Source: the human T2T-CHM13v2.0 reference genome, Homo sapiens. Taken from it: a stretch of 64,000 nt of DNA. The position numbers and the translations under genes are program-made. The DNA lies in assembly GCF_009914755.1 (NCBI RefSeq), contig NC_060941.1, one strand, 5' to 3'. Below are positions 47,461-64,000 of this stretch, piece by piece (the stretch's first letter is position 1; the number at the start of each line of letters is the position of its first letter). The notes under the pieces are model-generated. The model was not told the DNA's origin and searched no databases. It worked only from the letters and a program-made list of their open reading frames with translations.

Positions 47461-49427
47461 CTGTCTTTCCCGAGAAGGTGATGATTTGGGGCTTAGATCA
47501 TCTGCTGGCATATTGATGAGCTCACTGCGTTGCTGAAAAGGAAGGGGATGGGGACTTGGGTCAGCTAAGGGTACAGGATCAATATAAGACAAAAACATTA
47601 AGAATATAAGACAAAAACATTGAACAATGGAGATGTGGGTAAACAGCAGGCTTTTTTTTTTTTTTAAAAAAAACCAGGGCGATGTCTTAGCCAGAAATAG
47701 TTAAGAAGGGAGGAGAAAGGGCTACCCCCGCAGCCATGTGAAATAGGATTAGTGGAAACCCTGAAGACTCAGGCCCACAGGAGCCATACTGCAGCAGTTT
47801 GCTTTACGTGACACTTTTCCTGCTCAGATTCCTGCTCCAGAAAAAGAAAATCAATCTGTGCACCTTTTTCTTTTTCTTATTCAAAGCCCAAACTCATGGT
47901 ATCATCTCTTAAACTGTATTTCAGCACGAACAGGGAAAGGCTCATGAGACTGTACTCTGTGAGGGTGGAAACCGGTCTGAACCATCCCTGTAACTGCTGA
48001 GCCCCGGGACCTGCCGCACACTAGCTGAGGGTGATGGACCCTGCCGCTGTGCACAAAGTCCACACAGAGGACTTCCCGAGGTCAGCCTCCGGAAAGCAAT
48101 AGCGACTGGGCCCAGAAACATCCTGTTAGCACGAATGCCTTGCTATGAAGTCACACAAAGAGCCAAGGGGTGTGGCTGGGGAGGTTTTGAAAACTCAGCG
48201 AATAGCAAAACGGGGGCAGGAACATAGGTCTTTTTATCCATCAGGCAAAGTCCCACCTTTATGACATATCTGTCCTGGGTCTGGAGCACCATGCTTTGTG
48301 AGATTATAATAGAGAGGCATGTCGATGAATAATAGGCGTGTGACAGGTTGGTGTGGGCTGGCAGGGAGCTGCCTCCCGACTGCCCTGCTCGCGCTGCTGT
48401 GGGGCTCCCCCGATACAGGTCATGGGTCTGACTGGAGTGCCATTTCCTAACCACTCTTCTGTTCATCTAGACATGATGCTACGTCCATCCTAAGAGTCAT
48501 ATGTGTTCTTTGGTTATCCTAGAAGCCACTGTGGTATCCCAGGGCCTTGACACAGCCACTGACAGAAAAATGATGAATAAAAATAATACGCGTGAACTGC
48601 TGTTATTCCTGCATTCCAGAATTCAAACTGCACCATATTCAAAGGTGACTGACAAAGTTCATCTTCTTTGCAGGCGGTATTGGGAATGGCAGGGGGTGGA
48701 AATCAATCAGGGAATGGTAGGACTCAGCTGCTGAGAACATAGGGCGGGGAATCGCGCCCCTTTGTTCAGCAAAATCTAGAGATAACACACAATGTTTCCA
48801 TTGGCTTACCCAAAAGATCAGACCTCAGTTTGGAAGGTTAGAAGTCTAGAACTGGGCCTTGAGAAAAGATCCGACCTTGAGTTCAGCTTTAAGCAAGAAC
48901 ACATCTAAAATCTTCTGGCCAGCAGGCTGTCTACTGATTTCCTAAAGACCCCTCCCTCAGGGCCAGATGGCCTGCCTCCCTCCGCTGCCTACTCCAGTAT
49001 TCTTCCATCCTGAACCATGACAACCAACCTACTCCTTAGAAACACACCTAAAATAGGGAAGAGAAGGCTCAAAAAACGCATATTGTCTCTCATAGCACTC
49101 ATGAGTGCTATGATAGTGAAGAGTAAAGCAGTCTTTCTGTAGAGGCAGACTTCATGTGATGAAGGCCTGTAAATTCCCGCATAATCAGGAACAAACTGAA
49201 AAGAACAGTGAGGAGGTTAAGGAGGAATTTTCAGTTCCTCATACAAATTGCTCCTATGTTTAGTAGCCATAGCGTCAAGGAATATTTAAATATAGATGCT
49301 AGTGAAATTCATGATCAATAATTTAAAATGTTTCGGGAAAACATTAATTTGCTGAGATGTGGGTGGTGAGTACTTCTTGGTCCATAGAACCCTAGCCAGC
49401 CAACCTGGATTAAATAAATAAATCTCA

Positions 49428-49875
<448 letters not shown>

Positions 49876-50500
49876 TCAGTTTCTCTGAAATATTCCAAAT
49901 ATTCAGGTCGAATAAAATTTACATATCCTCTAGGAGCAAATAATTAAAATTAATCAAGCAAAACATTAACTAAAAATGATAGAGGTATGAAATAAATTCT
50001 CTTCATGGATTATGACATAATTTGCTATCCCTGCTTCCATCTCACCACTAAAGGCCTGATGCTGTGGTCTAATGCTGAGTTGAAACCACAGAGTTCAGGG
50101 TTATAATGAAAGCCTTTTCACCAAAAATGGGTCCCCCATTGGTGGTCAGAATGAAAGAATTTTGTCCCAAACTACTCTAGTTTCTTGAAGGCCTTAAGTT
50201 CTAGCTGCTGACTTACAATGAGTTAAAGCATTATAGTGGCTGGAAGGGATGCATAGTGAACATATTAGGAAGACATGATGCACTGTTTCCTAAATAGACA
50301 GCAGAGTTCCCAGGGGATGAGGCACAGAGCACTGAGAGGTGATGCTAAGGTGGGGAGGGACTGGAGGAGGCTAGGATGGCCTGGCACAAAGCAGGAGGGT
50401 GAGCTAAGGGGCAGTATGAGGACCCTAATGACATGAAGAACACGGAAAAACGAGTGGGGTAGAGGAGTCACACAGCCAGCTTTTGCTCATTACCCACTGA

Positions 50501-50876
<376 letters not shown>

Positions 50877-52092
50877 CCCCATGCCTCTTAGACAGCAGTG
50901 CAACTAACGCCACTGCCTTTGCCTGCCTACCACATGGGAGGAAAGAGGATCAGGTAGGACTCAGGGCTTGCCAGTGGACAGCAAGAGAAGGAAGGGAAAA
51001 GAGATGGGAAGGCAGGTGGGGGAGGGGAAAGAGAAGAAAGGTATTTAGCACAGGGGTGGGCTTTGGCTCTGACCCAACTTCCTTTTACAGACAAGAAACC
51101 AGGCCCAAAGAGGTTATGAATTGTCAAGAGCACTTAGGGGTGGAAGTGAAACTCTCACCTTGGGCTTCACATTTCCGATTCAGTGTTCATTCATCGAGTC
51201 CATGAGAGAAAAGGAAAGGGCAGAAGTGCGAAATGTCACGAATAGCGAAAGAGCATGATGCAAATGAGAAACAGAAAAGCTCTCCACAGGAGACTTAGAA
51301 GACTACAAAAATCATTCCATTCAGTCTCATGACAAAACAGTGCCCGAGGAGCTTTACAATCGAGTGCCAGTCCTAGCCTGGGCAACATGGAGAAACCCTA
51401 TCTCTACAAAAGATTACCCAGGCATGGTGGTGTGCACTTATAGTCCCAGCTACTTAGGAGGCTGAGTCCCTGAGCCTGGGAAGTTGAGGCTGCAGTGAAC
51501 GGTGATTGTACCACTGCACTCCAGCCTGGGCAACAGAAAAAGACCCTGTCTCAAAAAAAAAAAAAAAAAAAAAAGAGTGCCAACCCTGGAGTGAGAGTGG
51601 TCGGGGCAAATCCCATCTTCTCCCAACAACCAGTAAGCCGTGGGGCAAACTTCTTAACCTCTCCAAGCCTCAGTTTCCTCAGCCATGAAATGGGGATGAC
51701 GATAGTATTATTTTCATACAGACTTTGTGAAGATCAAAAGATAATGATCCATGGCAAAGAGTTCTCTCAGCACAGTGCCTGGAGCACAGTGCCGTGCGTA
51801 ATCAGCATGTGCTGCTGCTATTATGATTGCCACAGAGCTGCTACAACCAGGGTAAACTAGTTTTCTTACAAGAAAAATGGAATAAAAAAGTTGTTGGTGC
51901 TTTTCTATGTTTGGGAAAGCATATCTGTTTTCTCTGGGGCTGAATGAATATATGCATCGTTTTGAATTTCCCACAGTAAAAAAAGCATCATTTTGCTTTT
52001 GTCTTTGGTGGAGCATGCTTCCTTCCGACGTCAACTCACTCTTCCCTCTATTGGTGAGAAAGTCTCAGTCTCAGTCTTAGTTTCACAACTAA

Positions 52093-52763
<671 letters not shown>

Positions 52764-53337
52764 CTACATCTCGTTACTTTTGTTTTCCTTAGGAAGTCAA
52801 CTGTATTTGGATTATAGCTGAATTAGGAATTCTCAATCTGCAAGCATTCAGGGGCCAACATACTTTTCTTACCATCTGTCAAATGGGCACCATTAGCTTC
52901 AATCATTCATAGGAGTGGGGAACTACAGGCTCCTGGTAGGATTTATTTGGCTGTCAGTTGATAGTCCTCTGACCACTGCTCCAACGGTTTCAAGACAAAC
53001 CTCCCCTCTCTCCTTCCCCACGTGGATTTCTGTGGCTATCTCACTGAGAGACCTGATCCTGAAGAGTTTTACATTCCTGGCTATTTTAAGCCTCACTAAC
53101 TGTTCAAATGAGGTCGCCACATGGCATGCAGCTGTGGGAAGCAGCTGCTGTGGTTTGATTTCTAGTCAGTATGTCTTGACATTTCTTATCAAGTGATTTC
53201 TAAAATTCCTTGGGTTTTTTTTTTTTCAGGTAATAACCAAGAACTTTTTTTTTTCTTGGGATATAATAAGGTGTGACATCAGAGTTGTGCATCTGATAAC
53301 CTGCTCCTCGCTGGGGACAGTTCCAGAACCCTGCTAG

Positions 53338-53369
53338 ACTTGATCTTAGCCAAAAGGCCGAGAAGTGAT
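53338..53369 (-). pseudogene. 3'-truncated U2 snRNA retropseudogene (U2 nt 1-32)
   Basis: Minus strand ATCACTTCTCGGCCTTTTGGCTAAGATCAAGT vs U2 AUCGCUUCUCGGCCUUUUGGCUAAGAUCAAGU (one mismatch); TSD cagaaccctgctaga at 53324-53338 and 53370-53384. Confidence 0.93.
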
Positions 53370-53639
53370 CAGAACCCTGCTAGAAAGGAACATTTATTTC
53401 AACTTTCAGGACCCAACTCTCTCTGCCCCAGAAATATCAGTTCTGGGGCCGAGAGACACTGCAGCGGCCCTCCCTGCAGTTTCTAATTGGAGCCCATCCT
53501 GGAGTCTCAGATGCCACAGAAGAAAGTAGAGAGAACTGGGCAGCTTGCTGGGCTCCCTGGCGCTACCTTCAGTGACAATAGCTAACATGGAGGAGAGGCA
53601 GGGTCACTCAGCCCGAGGAGAAACTGGACCTCCCAACTC

Positions 53640-54030
53640 CCCACCTACCTGCCCTTCTCGCTAGGTCATTCAGCTATTTGTCTCCTAGTTCACCCTCATA
53701 CACCTGTTTGCCACGATGGTTTTGCCTTTAGGCTTTTGCACACGCTATTCCCCACCTGGAAGACTCTTGGTCTCTTTTCCAGATCAACTTCTATTTGTCA
53801 TTTTTTCCTCAATATTGGCATCACTTTTAGGAGCCTTTCCGATCTTCCAAGAAAGGTTTAACTGCCCCTTTGACGTATATCCCCTATTAATGTACTTAAC
53901 ACATTGCATTGTAATCCCGTCTACTCATCTGGTTCCCCCACCAGATTGTAAACCCTGGGCAGGGTCTGGGTTCTGTTCACTGTTTTATCCCCACTTCTGG
54001 CTCAGCACATAACAGCTCCTCTGTAAATAT
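53640..54030 (+). mobile_element. L2 3' end
   Basis: ccccaccagattgtaaaccctgggcaggg...tgttcactg...ctggctcagcacataa L2 tail motif. Confidence 0.6.
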
Positions 54031-55207
54031 CAGCTCTATATTGTTCCGAACTCAACAAGAACTCCCTCTCTTCCTTTCCCTCCAATATATTTCTTAGATT
54101 ACATCAAATTATTTGCCCTTCAATAGCCTCTAAGTCTTCTATTTTAACGTATCAAATATCTATTCAAATAAAGTCCTTTGTCAGTTATGAGTTTGAAAAA
54201 ATCTTCAAGTGTGCATATATGTATGAAAATGTGGCACTACAGACTCCTAGATGGTGTCTGTGCCTAAGATTAATACCTAAATACAAAGTGAACATCTTAC
54301 CCGGATAACTGAAAGGAGCTAGAGACTCTTTATCTAGATCTTGGTACTTCCTCTTCATAAACCCTTCTTTTTTTTTTTTTGTGGGCTGGTAAGTATGGAC
54401 CCCTATTTTCAAGGTATAGTTATTATTTTTTGAGACAGAATCTTGCTGTGTTGCCCAGGCTGGGGTGCAGGTGCACAATCATGGCTCACTGCAGCCCCGA
54501 CCTCCTGAGCTCCAGCAGTTCTCCCGCTTCAGCTTCCCAAAGTGCTGGGACTAGAGGCGTGAGCTACCGTGCCCAGCCAAGGCATAGTTATTCTTGACAA
54601 GGAGGTAGAATAGGTTTCCAACCATGAAACATCTTCCATGGACCATCTGGAACTGTTTTTCATTTTCTTTCAAGAGAATCCTTCTTACAGTAGAGAGGAA
54701 GTTTACAGTTACATAAAATCTCCACTAACATTCCTCCTCCCCAGTCCCAACCTTCTGCCTAAGCAGATAGGAACTAACACCAAGAGCAGCAATTATCAGC
54801 CATCCCATACAGTGCTGCTTGGTTTCTCTACAAACACTTTTCGTAAGACCACAGTGGGGTCTTTCCCCGGCCCGCCATCACCAGTGAAGGGGGACAGCAC
54901 ATGCCTCTCGGAACTGCAAGGCAGGATTTGGCCTGGGATCCAACTTTCTGCTTTAAAAATGGCCACATGAACAAGGTCACCATCCAGAGAGGGGACTTCA
55001 GAAGAACAAGGAAGGCATGTGAAGCTGTGCCTGGCGCTGCCAAACCCACCCTGCATGCTGGCGAGAGGACTGGTTGATGGCAGCTAACCACAGTAAGGAG
55101 GAGTCCATGTGGCTGTCCAAGGAGTGTCCAGCCTGTTGAGGCACTGCCAGGCCCTGTGGACTGTAAGCCAAGGATGTGCTTTCTGTTCTCACTAACTTTA
55201 AATTCTA

Positions 55208-55893
<686 letters not shown>

Positions 55894-56193
55894 CTGACTT
55901 GATTCTTATGGTGGTAAAATTGGCCCATTTGGGTTCTACCCCACTTAAGGCTTGCCCTCTTCTGCCCCACTGGGCCAGTGGTTTTGGGGAAGAAGGTATC
56001 CAGTACCTTGATCAGAGGCGATGTCTAGCCTCCTCTGCCCTTTGGAGAGCTGGTAGCAAGGCACTGAGGAATTACTGCTTTGCAGGTGGGAGAGGGTGAG
56101 ATGGGTAGGAAGTGCATGGCAGAGCTGGGAAGCTGGCTCCTCAGAACTGGGAAGTTGAAAGAAGCAGAGCCAGCTCTTGAGTAGAACTTAGGG

Positions 56194-56240
56194 GTGTGTA
56201 TATGTGTGTGTGCGTATGTGTGTGTGTGTGTATGTGTGTC
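56194..56240 (+). repeat. Imperfect (TG)n microsatellite
   Basis: Read directly from the sequence. Confidence 0.9.
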
Positions 56241-56265
56241 GGGGGAATTACTGGGAAGGGTAGTG

Positions 56266-56753
56266 TGTGATGCTGAATATGCCCTCCCACCCCCAAATAT
56301 CCACATCCTAATCCCTGGAACCTGTGAATGTTACCGTACGTGGCAAAAAGGCCTGCAGATGGGATTATGTAAGGCTGCTGAGATGGGGAGATTATCCTGG
56401 ATTATCCAGGTGGACCCTAGATACAATCACAAGTATTCTTTTAAAAGAGAGGCAGAGGGAGATCTGACACAGACAGGAGGAGGAGGAGGAGGCAGTGTGA
56501 TCCTGGAGGCACAGATCAGGGTGAAGCAGTCACAAACCAAGGAGTGCCGGCAGCTCCCAGAGGCCGGAGGGGTGGAGGAGTGGATTCTCCCTGAGAGCCT
56601 CCAGAGGGAACAGGCCCTGCCCAACGCCCTCGTTCTGGCCCAGTGAAATGAATGTGGACTGCTGGCCTTAATAACTGTGAGAAAAAAACATGTCTGTGGT
56701 TTAAAGCCACCAAATCTGTGGTAATTTGTTACAGCGGCAATAGGAAACTGACA
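56266..56753 (+). mobile_element. MLT1D-like MaLR LTR
   Basis: atccacatcctaatccctggaacctgtgaatgttacc ... ttgttacagcggcaataggaaactgaca. Confidence 0.8.
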
Positions 56754-58261
56754 TAGATCGGTAGATGGTGTCCTCGGATGAGACTTCTGGTTTACTTCCT
56801 GTAGGCATTAGATGGTGGGACTCCTAAGTGAGAAGAACAAGTGTTGCACATCATTACATGCAATGTGCAGGAGCAGTATCAAAATTCTGCATGTGCGCGT
56901 GCACACACACACACAGCCCAACCCACCCCTCACTTGGATCTGAATCTGTGTCTGTTGTTAACTAGCTTGTACTTGAACAGGGAGCTGTGAATTGAGCAGG
57001 AGGATCATGAGACAAGCTGCCCCAGGTAGTCTGGCAGGGTCTCAGAAGGCATCACAGAACATAGCAGAGGCTATAGCAGGAAGCAGGTGAGGTGTCCCTC
57101 CAGAGACGTGAGCTGCCTGGACAGAGAGGAGGGAAGAAACCCACCAGAAAAGGGGCGGGTGGGGAGGGCAGGACCTGTTTTGCAGTTGTAAGTTTCTCCC
57201 TTAAGAAGAATACAGAGTAAGGGATGCTAGACCCTTTTCTGTTTCATCTGAAAACACTTTCCACAGGGGTAAACTCTATAATCGTGTGTGTGTGTGTCTC
57301 TAATGCAGGGGCAATGAGCTGCTGGGTGTGCTTTGTGGATGTGGCCAGGATGGGCTCAGGGGGTGCTGCTTTCAGGTGGGTGAGACTCACATGGACATAT
57401 GTGGGTGGGCAGGTGCCTTTTGCTTAAGGAATGGCATCAGGCCCAGGATGCTAATGTGTTTCTATGGGCTGTCTGAGAGAAGACAGGGAAGGGGCACAGG
57501 CGGTGAGAGATTTCCCGGATGAGACATGAACACTCCTCTCCACGATCATGGCTGCCTTCCAAGAGGCTCTCCAGGGACAGCGCTCCTCACCGTGGGGGAG
57601 GCCCCGTGCTGACTCCCAACGCGTAAACAAACACGGGGAGCCAGGCAGTCTTCCCACTGTACCTGGGCTCCACAACCTCAAAGGCTCCCAGCTGTATCTC
57701 CACTTGAACAATAGCGTTTTAAACTCCTTGGTTCATTACCAGTCTGCATCACCTATTCAGCATTCACAAGGTATACAGCACTAGAGGAGGTTTCGTGGAG
57801 CTCTGTGGTAAAAGTAGATGGCAGAGTCTCAGTTCTCCAGGGACAATGAGACAAATATAAATTAAAAAACATAGGTGACAGTTATCTAAGGCATGTGACA
57901 CCAAGGACAGGCAAGGAGCCCGATCTGTGTTCATCGAGCCGCTCCATTACACTCTGTCTGTGGTCTTGGGAAAATCACAGAACCTCTCTAAGCCTTTTTG
58001 TCCATCTATAAAATAGGCTTAATACATTTAAAAATGGCTTAGAAGATTTTGAGAATTAAATGAGATAATGTACGTGAAAGCCCTTTAAAACTATAATAAT
58101 TGCATCTCAACAAATGCTGTAATGTAGAACATAGGGAAATATTTTAAAATTACATGATGAGAAGAGAAAAAATTACAGACTAAGTGCTAGTCTAATTCCA
58201 AGAATATAATAATTTCATTGTGGTGCATCAGGACACTCTGGGACAAGAATGAAAGACATCA

Positions 58262-58789
<528 letters not shown>

Positions 58790-60203
58790 CCCAGGGTGGT
58801 GCTGCCCAGCATAGGCCGACACTCCCCAGCCTTGAGGATGGGCATGTGATCTACCAATCCCAGGACCTGCTCCCTCTCCTCCATGCCTTGGCCTGGGTAC
58901 AGGGCATGAGAACCAAATTGGGCCAATCAGAGACTTCCGTTGGGATTCATATATTTTGAAGTCAGATAGGCTTTCTCTTTCTTTCAGGATGCTAAGCTGA
59001 CATAATGGAAGTCTGGAGCTGCCTGTGACCAAGGTTTCCCCTGTGTAGAAGCCTACTGTCGGAAAAAATGAGGCCAGCACACAGAGACTGAGAGGAGTGG
59101 AGAAAGAGAGCTGGGTTGGGAGGAGAAGAAAAGGATCTTAATGGTGATCACGTCCTTGGTTCTAGTGCTTAAAGTCCCCAGGGTCCTGCAACTCTCTGAG
59201 TTCCTTCTAGGACATTCAATTTTGGGATTAAATTGGTCACTTCATCAGAAAGAGTTCTGATTTATATAGTAAGCTTACTCTGCAATACCAAATAAAACTT
59301 GATGGAAGGCAAATAAGAATGTTGTTGGAAAAAGATTCTATAAAGGCCATTGCTTTTCCTGAAAAAATGGCATCAGCTCTGCATTCAGACATTAATCCCC
59401 AATTTTCTAAACCTGGCTCAAGGCATTAACCTTTTGTGTGCATCAAACAAAAATGGCCATGTGCATGCATAATGATGGATAGCGGAGAAGCATTCAGTGA
59501 AGGCTTGGCTAGATTATTCTAACACCTGAAAGCATGATCAGCATGGGGAAGTGCATTCAAAATATATACAGGCAATCATGCTGAAATGTAGAGAAAAGTG
59601 ATTGGGACAACATTTAAGCTTCTAGAGTATTATGTGTCACTTTTTATGTTCAATATTGTTTGCTTACAGAGCAGGAAAATTTCATGTCTCAACACTAGTA
59701 TCAGGAATCATACAATGGCACTCACTCTTAATGGCTACATCATCATCTGGCTGCAAACCACCATGACCAAGTAGCCAATCTGTTGGGAAGTGGCAGCTAA
59801 TCCTTTGTGCTACAGGATAAGGACATTCTCAAGGTCCTGCACTGTGCCATCCCTGGCTCCAATGTGGCTGCTGAGAATTCAGCTGACAATTTCCAATTTA
59901 AGCGGTGAGAAGTCAGTTCTTTAAAACAAGTATCAGACCAAGGAAGGATAAAAACAGCCCCCTCTGTGAATTATTTTCTGATTTGCACCTTTCTTTTACC
60001 TTTCAACCAGAAATGATCTGCTTTCTTTTGAACTTCTACACAAGTTTATATCTGCCGCCTCAAGCAGGCTTACTCAATGACACCAATTCAGAAATTAAAA
60101 TATTCTTTGTAGCAGAATAAACAGTGTAGTGTCAACGTCTCATGGTGACCCACGGCCTTAAAAGAGGTGCCCTTAGTCGGGCGAATATTAAAAGTAGAAG
60201 AAG

Positions 60204-60501
60204 GGGCCGGACACAGTGGCTCATGCCTGTAATCCCAGCACTTTGGGAGGCTGAGGTGGGTGGATCATGAGGTCAGGAGATCGAGACCATCCTGGCTAAC
60301 AAGGTGAAACCCCGTCTCTACTAAAAATACAAAAAATTAGCCGGGCGTGGTGGCGGCGCCTGTAGTCCCAGCTACTCGGGAGGCTGAGGCAGGAGAATGG
60401 CGTGAACCTGGGAGGCGGAGCTTGGAGTAAGCCGAGATTGCCACTGCACTCCAGCCTGGGCGACAGAGTGAGACTCCGTCTCAAAAAAAAAAAAAAAAAA
60501 A
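60204..60501 (+). mobile_element. AluY-like
   Basis: gagatcgagaccatcctggctaac and gagaatggcgtgaacc diagnostics. Confidence 0.9.
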
Positions 60502-60639
60502 CCAAACGAGTGCACGAGGCTGATATGCTCATTTTACCACAGCAGGGCTGAGGCCCTCCACTCCCATTGTTTGGTGCAAAACAACTCTATTTGGCTTTAT
60601 CTACACTAAGGTTATTTTGTTTGGTGGTTACAAAATGAA

Positions 60640-61560
60640 TGACAGCAGGTCCTCTTCAAGAAGTCAGACTTGATCATCCCATCTTACTTCCCTGGGTTTT
60701 TCAAATCATTGAATTCTGTCAATAGTTGGTTTTCTGCCAACTATTGAATAAGATCATGATGGCTTTATGACACTCTCTCACATGGCTTTCAAGGCACAGC
60801 GTGTTCTGGTCTTCCTACTCTTTTACCATTCCTTTTGTCTCCTCTACCCTCTTCTTCCATTCGCAGGACTTCTCTATATATTTTTTAGATCTATGGCAAA
60901 ATGAAACTTTATTTTGTAAATTGATACTCAGGTAATTCCATATGCTGATAACTCCCAAATCTATACCTCTAGCCCATTTTAATTCCAAACCTTATATTCA
61001 GCTGCCTCTTAGATATTTGCCCTTGGATAAGAGACAGCTGGGTTCATGGCCACCCATCACCCAAGCCAGAAGCCTGAGGGCCCTCCATGATGTCACCTCC
61101 TTCCCACTCCACAGCAATCCATCACCAAATCCTGAAGATTTTACCTCCAAAACCTGTTTCAAACCCACCTTCTCTTCTTTCCTCCCTTACTACACTTCAC
61201 TACTCAGACTCATCAGATCTCACCTGAAGCATTTTAACAGCTGCTGCCTGCCACCCACTCTTCAAGCTGCAACCAGAATGATCTTACTAAAGCACACGTC
61301 TCTAAGCCATAAATCTGATTTCCTGCTTGAAACTCTCTTTTAGCTCCTCAATTCTCTCACGAAAAAGACCAAGCTCCTCTGGGTGTCTCTGTGATCCGCT
61401 GACCTCTCCAGCTCCCAGGCCTCCTGCTCCTTCCCAGCTCTCCAGGCTCCAGCCCTACTCCACTGTTTTCAGTTCCACCATGTGCTGAGCTCTCTGCTCC
61501 CTCCTGGCTTTCATACTTGCTCTTCCATTGGATAACACACACTTTCTTCTTTGCCCGTAC
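60640..61560 (+). mobile_element. Degraded L2
   Basis: atgctgataactcccaaatctatacctctagccc, ccatcacccaagccagaagcctg, ccagaatgatctt motifs. Confidence 0.6.
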
Positions 61561-61935
61561 CCTATTTGAAGTTACCCTAAAAAAATATGAAGTGTTACAA
61601 ATATTTATTATAAAGATGCTCATCATAGCATAAATTAAAATTAAAAATGGGAAATTATCAAAATGCCCAATAAACAAAAATTTTTAAATGACTGCATAAA
61701 GTTTTCTGTTAATAGGAAATTACTTGTAGTATATTAAATGAGAAAATCAACTTGTGAAACCTGCTTTCTATCATGACTTCATAGCTACTTAAATAGGATA
61801 GTAATAGTAATTTCTGCACGGCAAAATTATAGCTGACTTAAATTTTTTCTTTATAAAGTAATTTTTTAAAGTTTTCCAACATTTCCCCATCCATATGCAA
61901 TAATTACTTTTATTACATTTTTAAAATTAATTAAT

Positions 61936-64000
<2,065 letters not shown>

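Overview
Human (primate) genomic DNA, recognised from its proteins as the 17q11.2 locus PSMD11 - CDK5R1 - MYO1D. On the + strand are the last seven coding exons of PSMD11 (proteasome lid Rpn6), its non-coding last exon and 3'UTR (1568-~10140), then the whole two-exon CDK5R1 gene (p35; CpG-island promoter, CDS 15388-16311, long 3'UTR to ~19020). On the - strand, converging on CDK5R1, is the terminal exon of MYO1D (coding part 22526-22682, 3'UTR to ~20290). I found no further recognisable MYO1D exon above 22683, so that stretch appears to be one long intron filled with Alu, L1, L2, MIR, LTR and DNA-transposon fossils. Most ORFs in the track are Alu or GC-rich artefacts. I found no confidently new biological system. 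The best leads are hypotheses. (1) An orphan CpG island at ~46.6-47.5 kb has a strong minus-strand splice acceptor in the right phase to give MYO1D an alternative C-terminus (12 aa, or a 195-aa Gly/Pro/Ala-rich tail). (2) RE1/REST-like sites lie near the CDK5R1 start, plus a 37-bp VNTR carrying REST half-sites and E-boxes. (3) A codon-structured P8-L-Q9 tract sits behind a small ORF in the PSMD11 3'UTR. (4) There is a tailless U2 retropseudogene with a target-site duplication (TSD). (5) There is a perfect 98-bp tandem duplication. (6) Identical retrotransposon target sites have been reused. Repeat boundaries and subfamily names were assigned by eye and are approximate.
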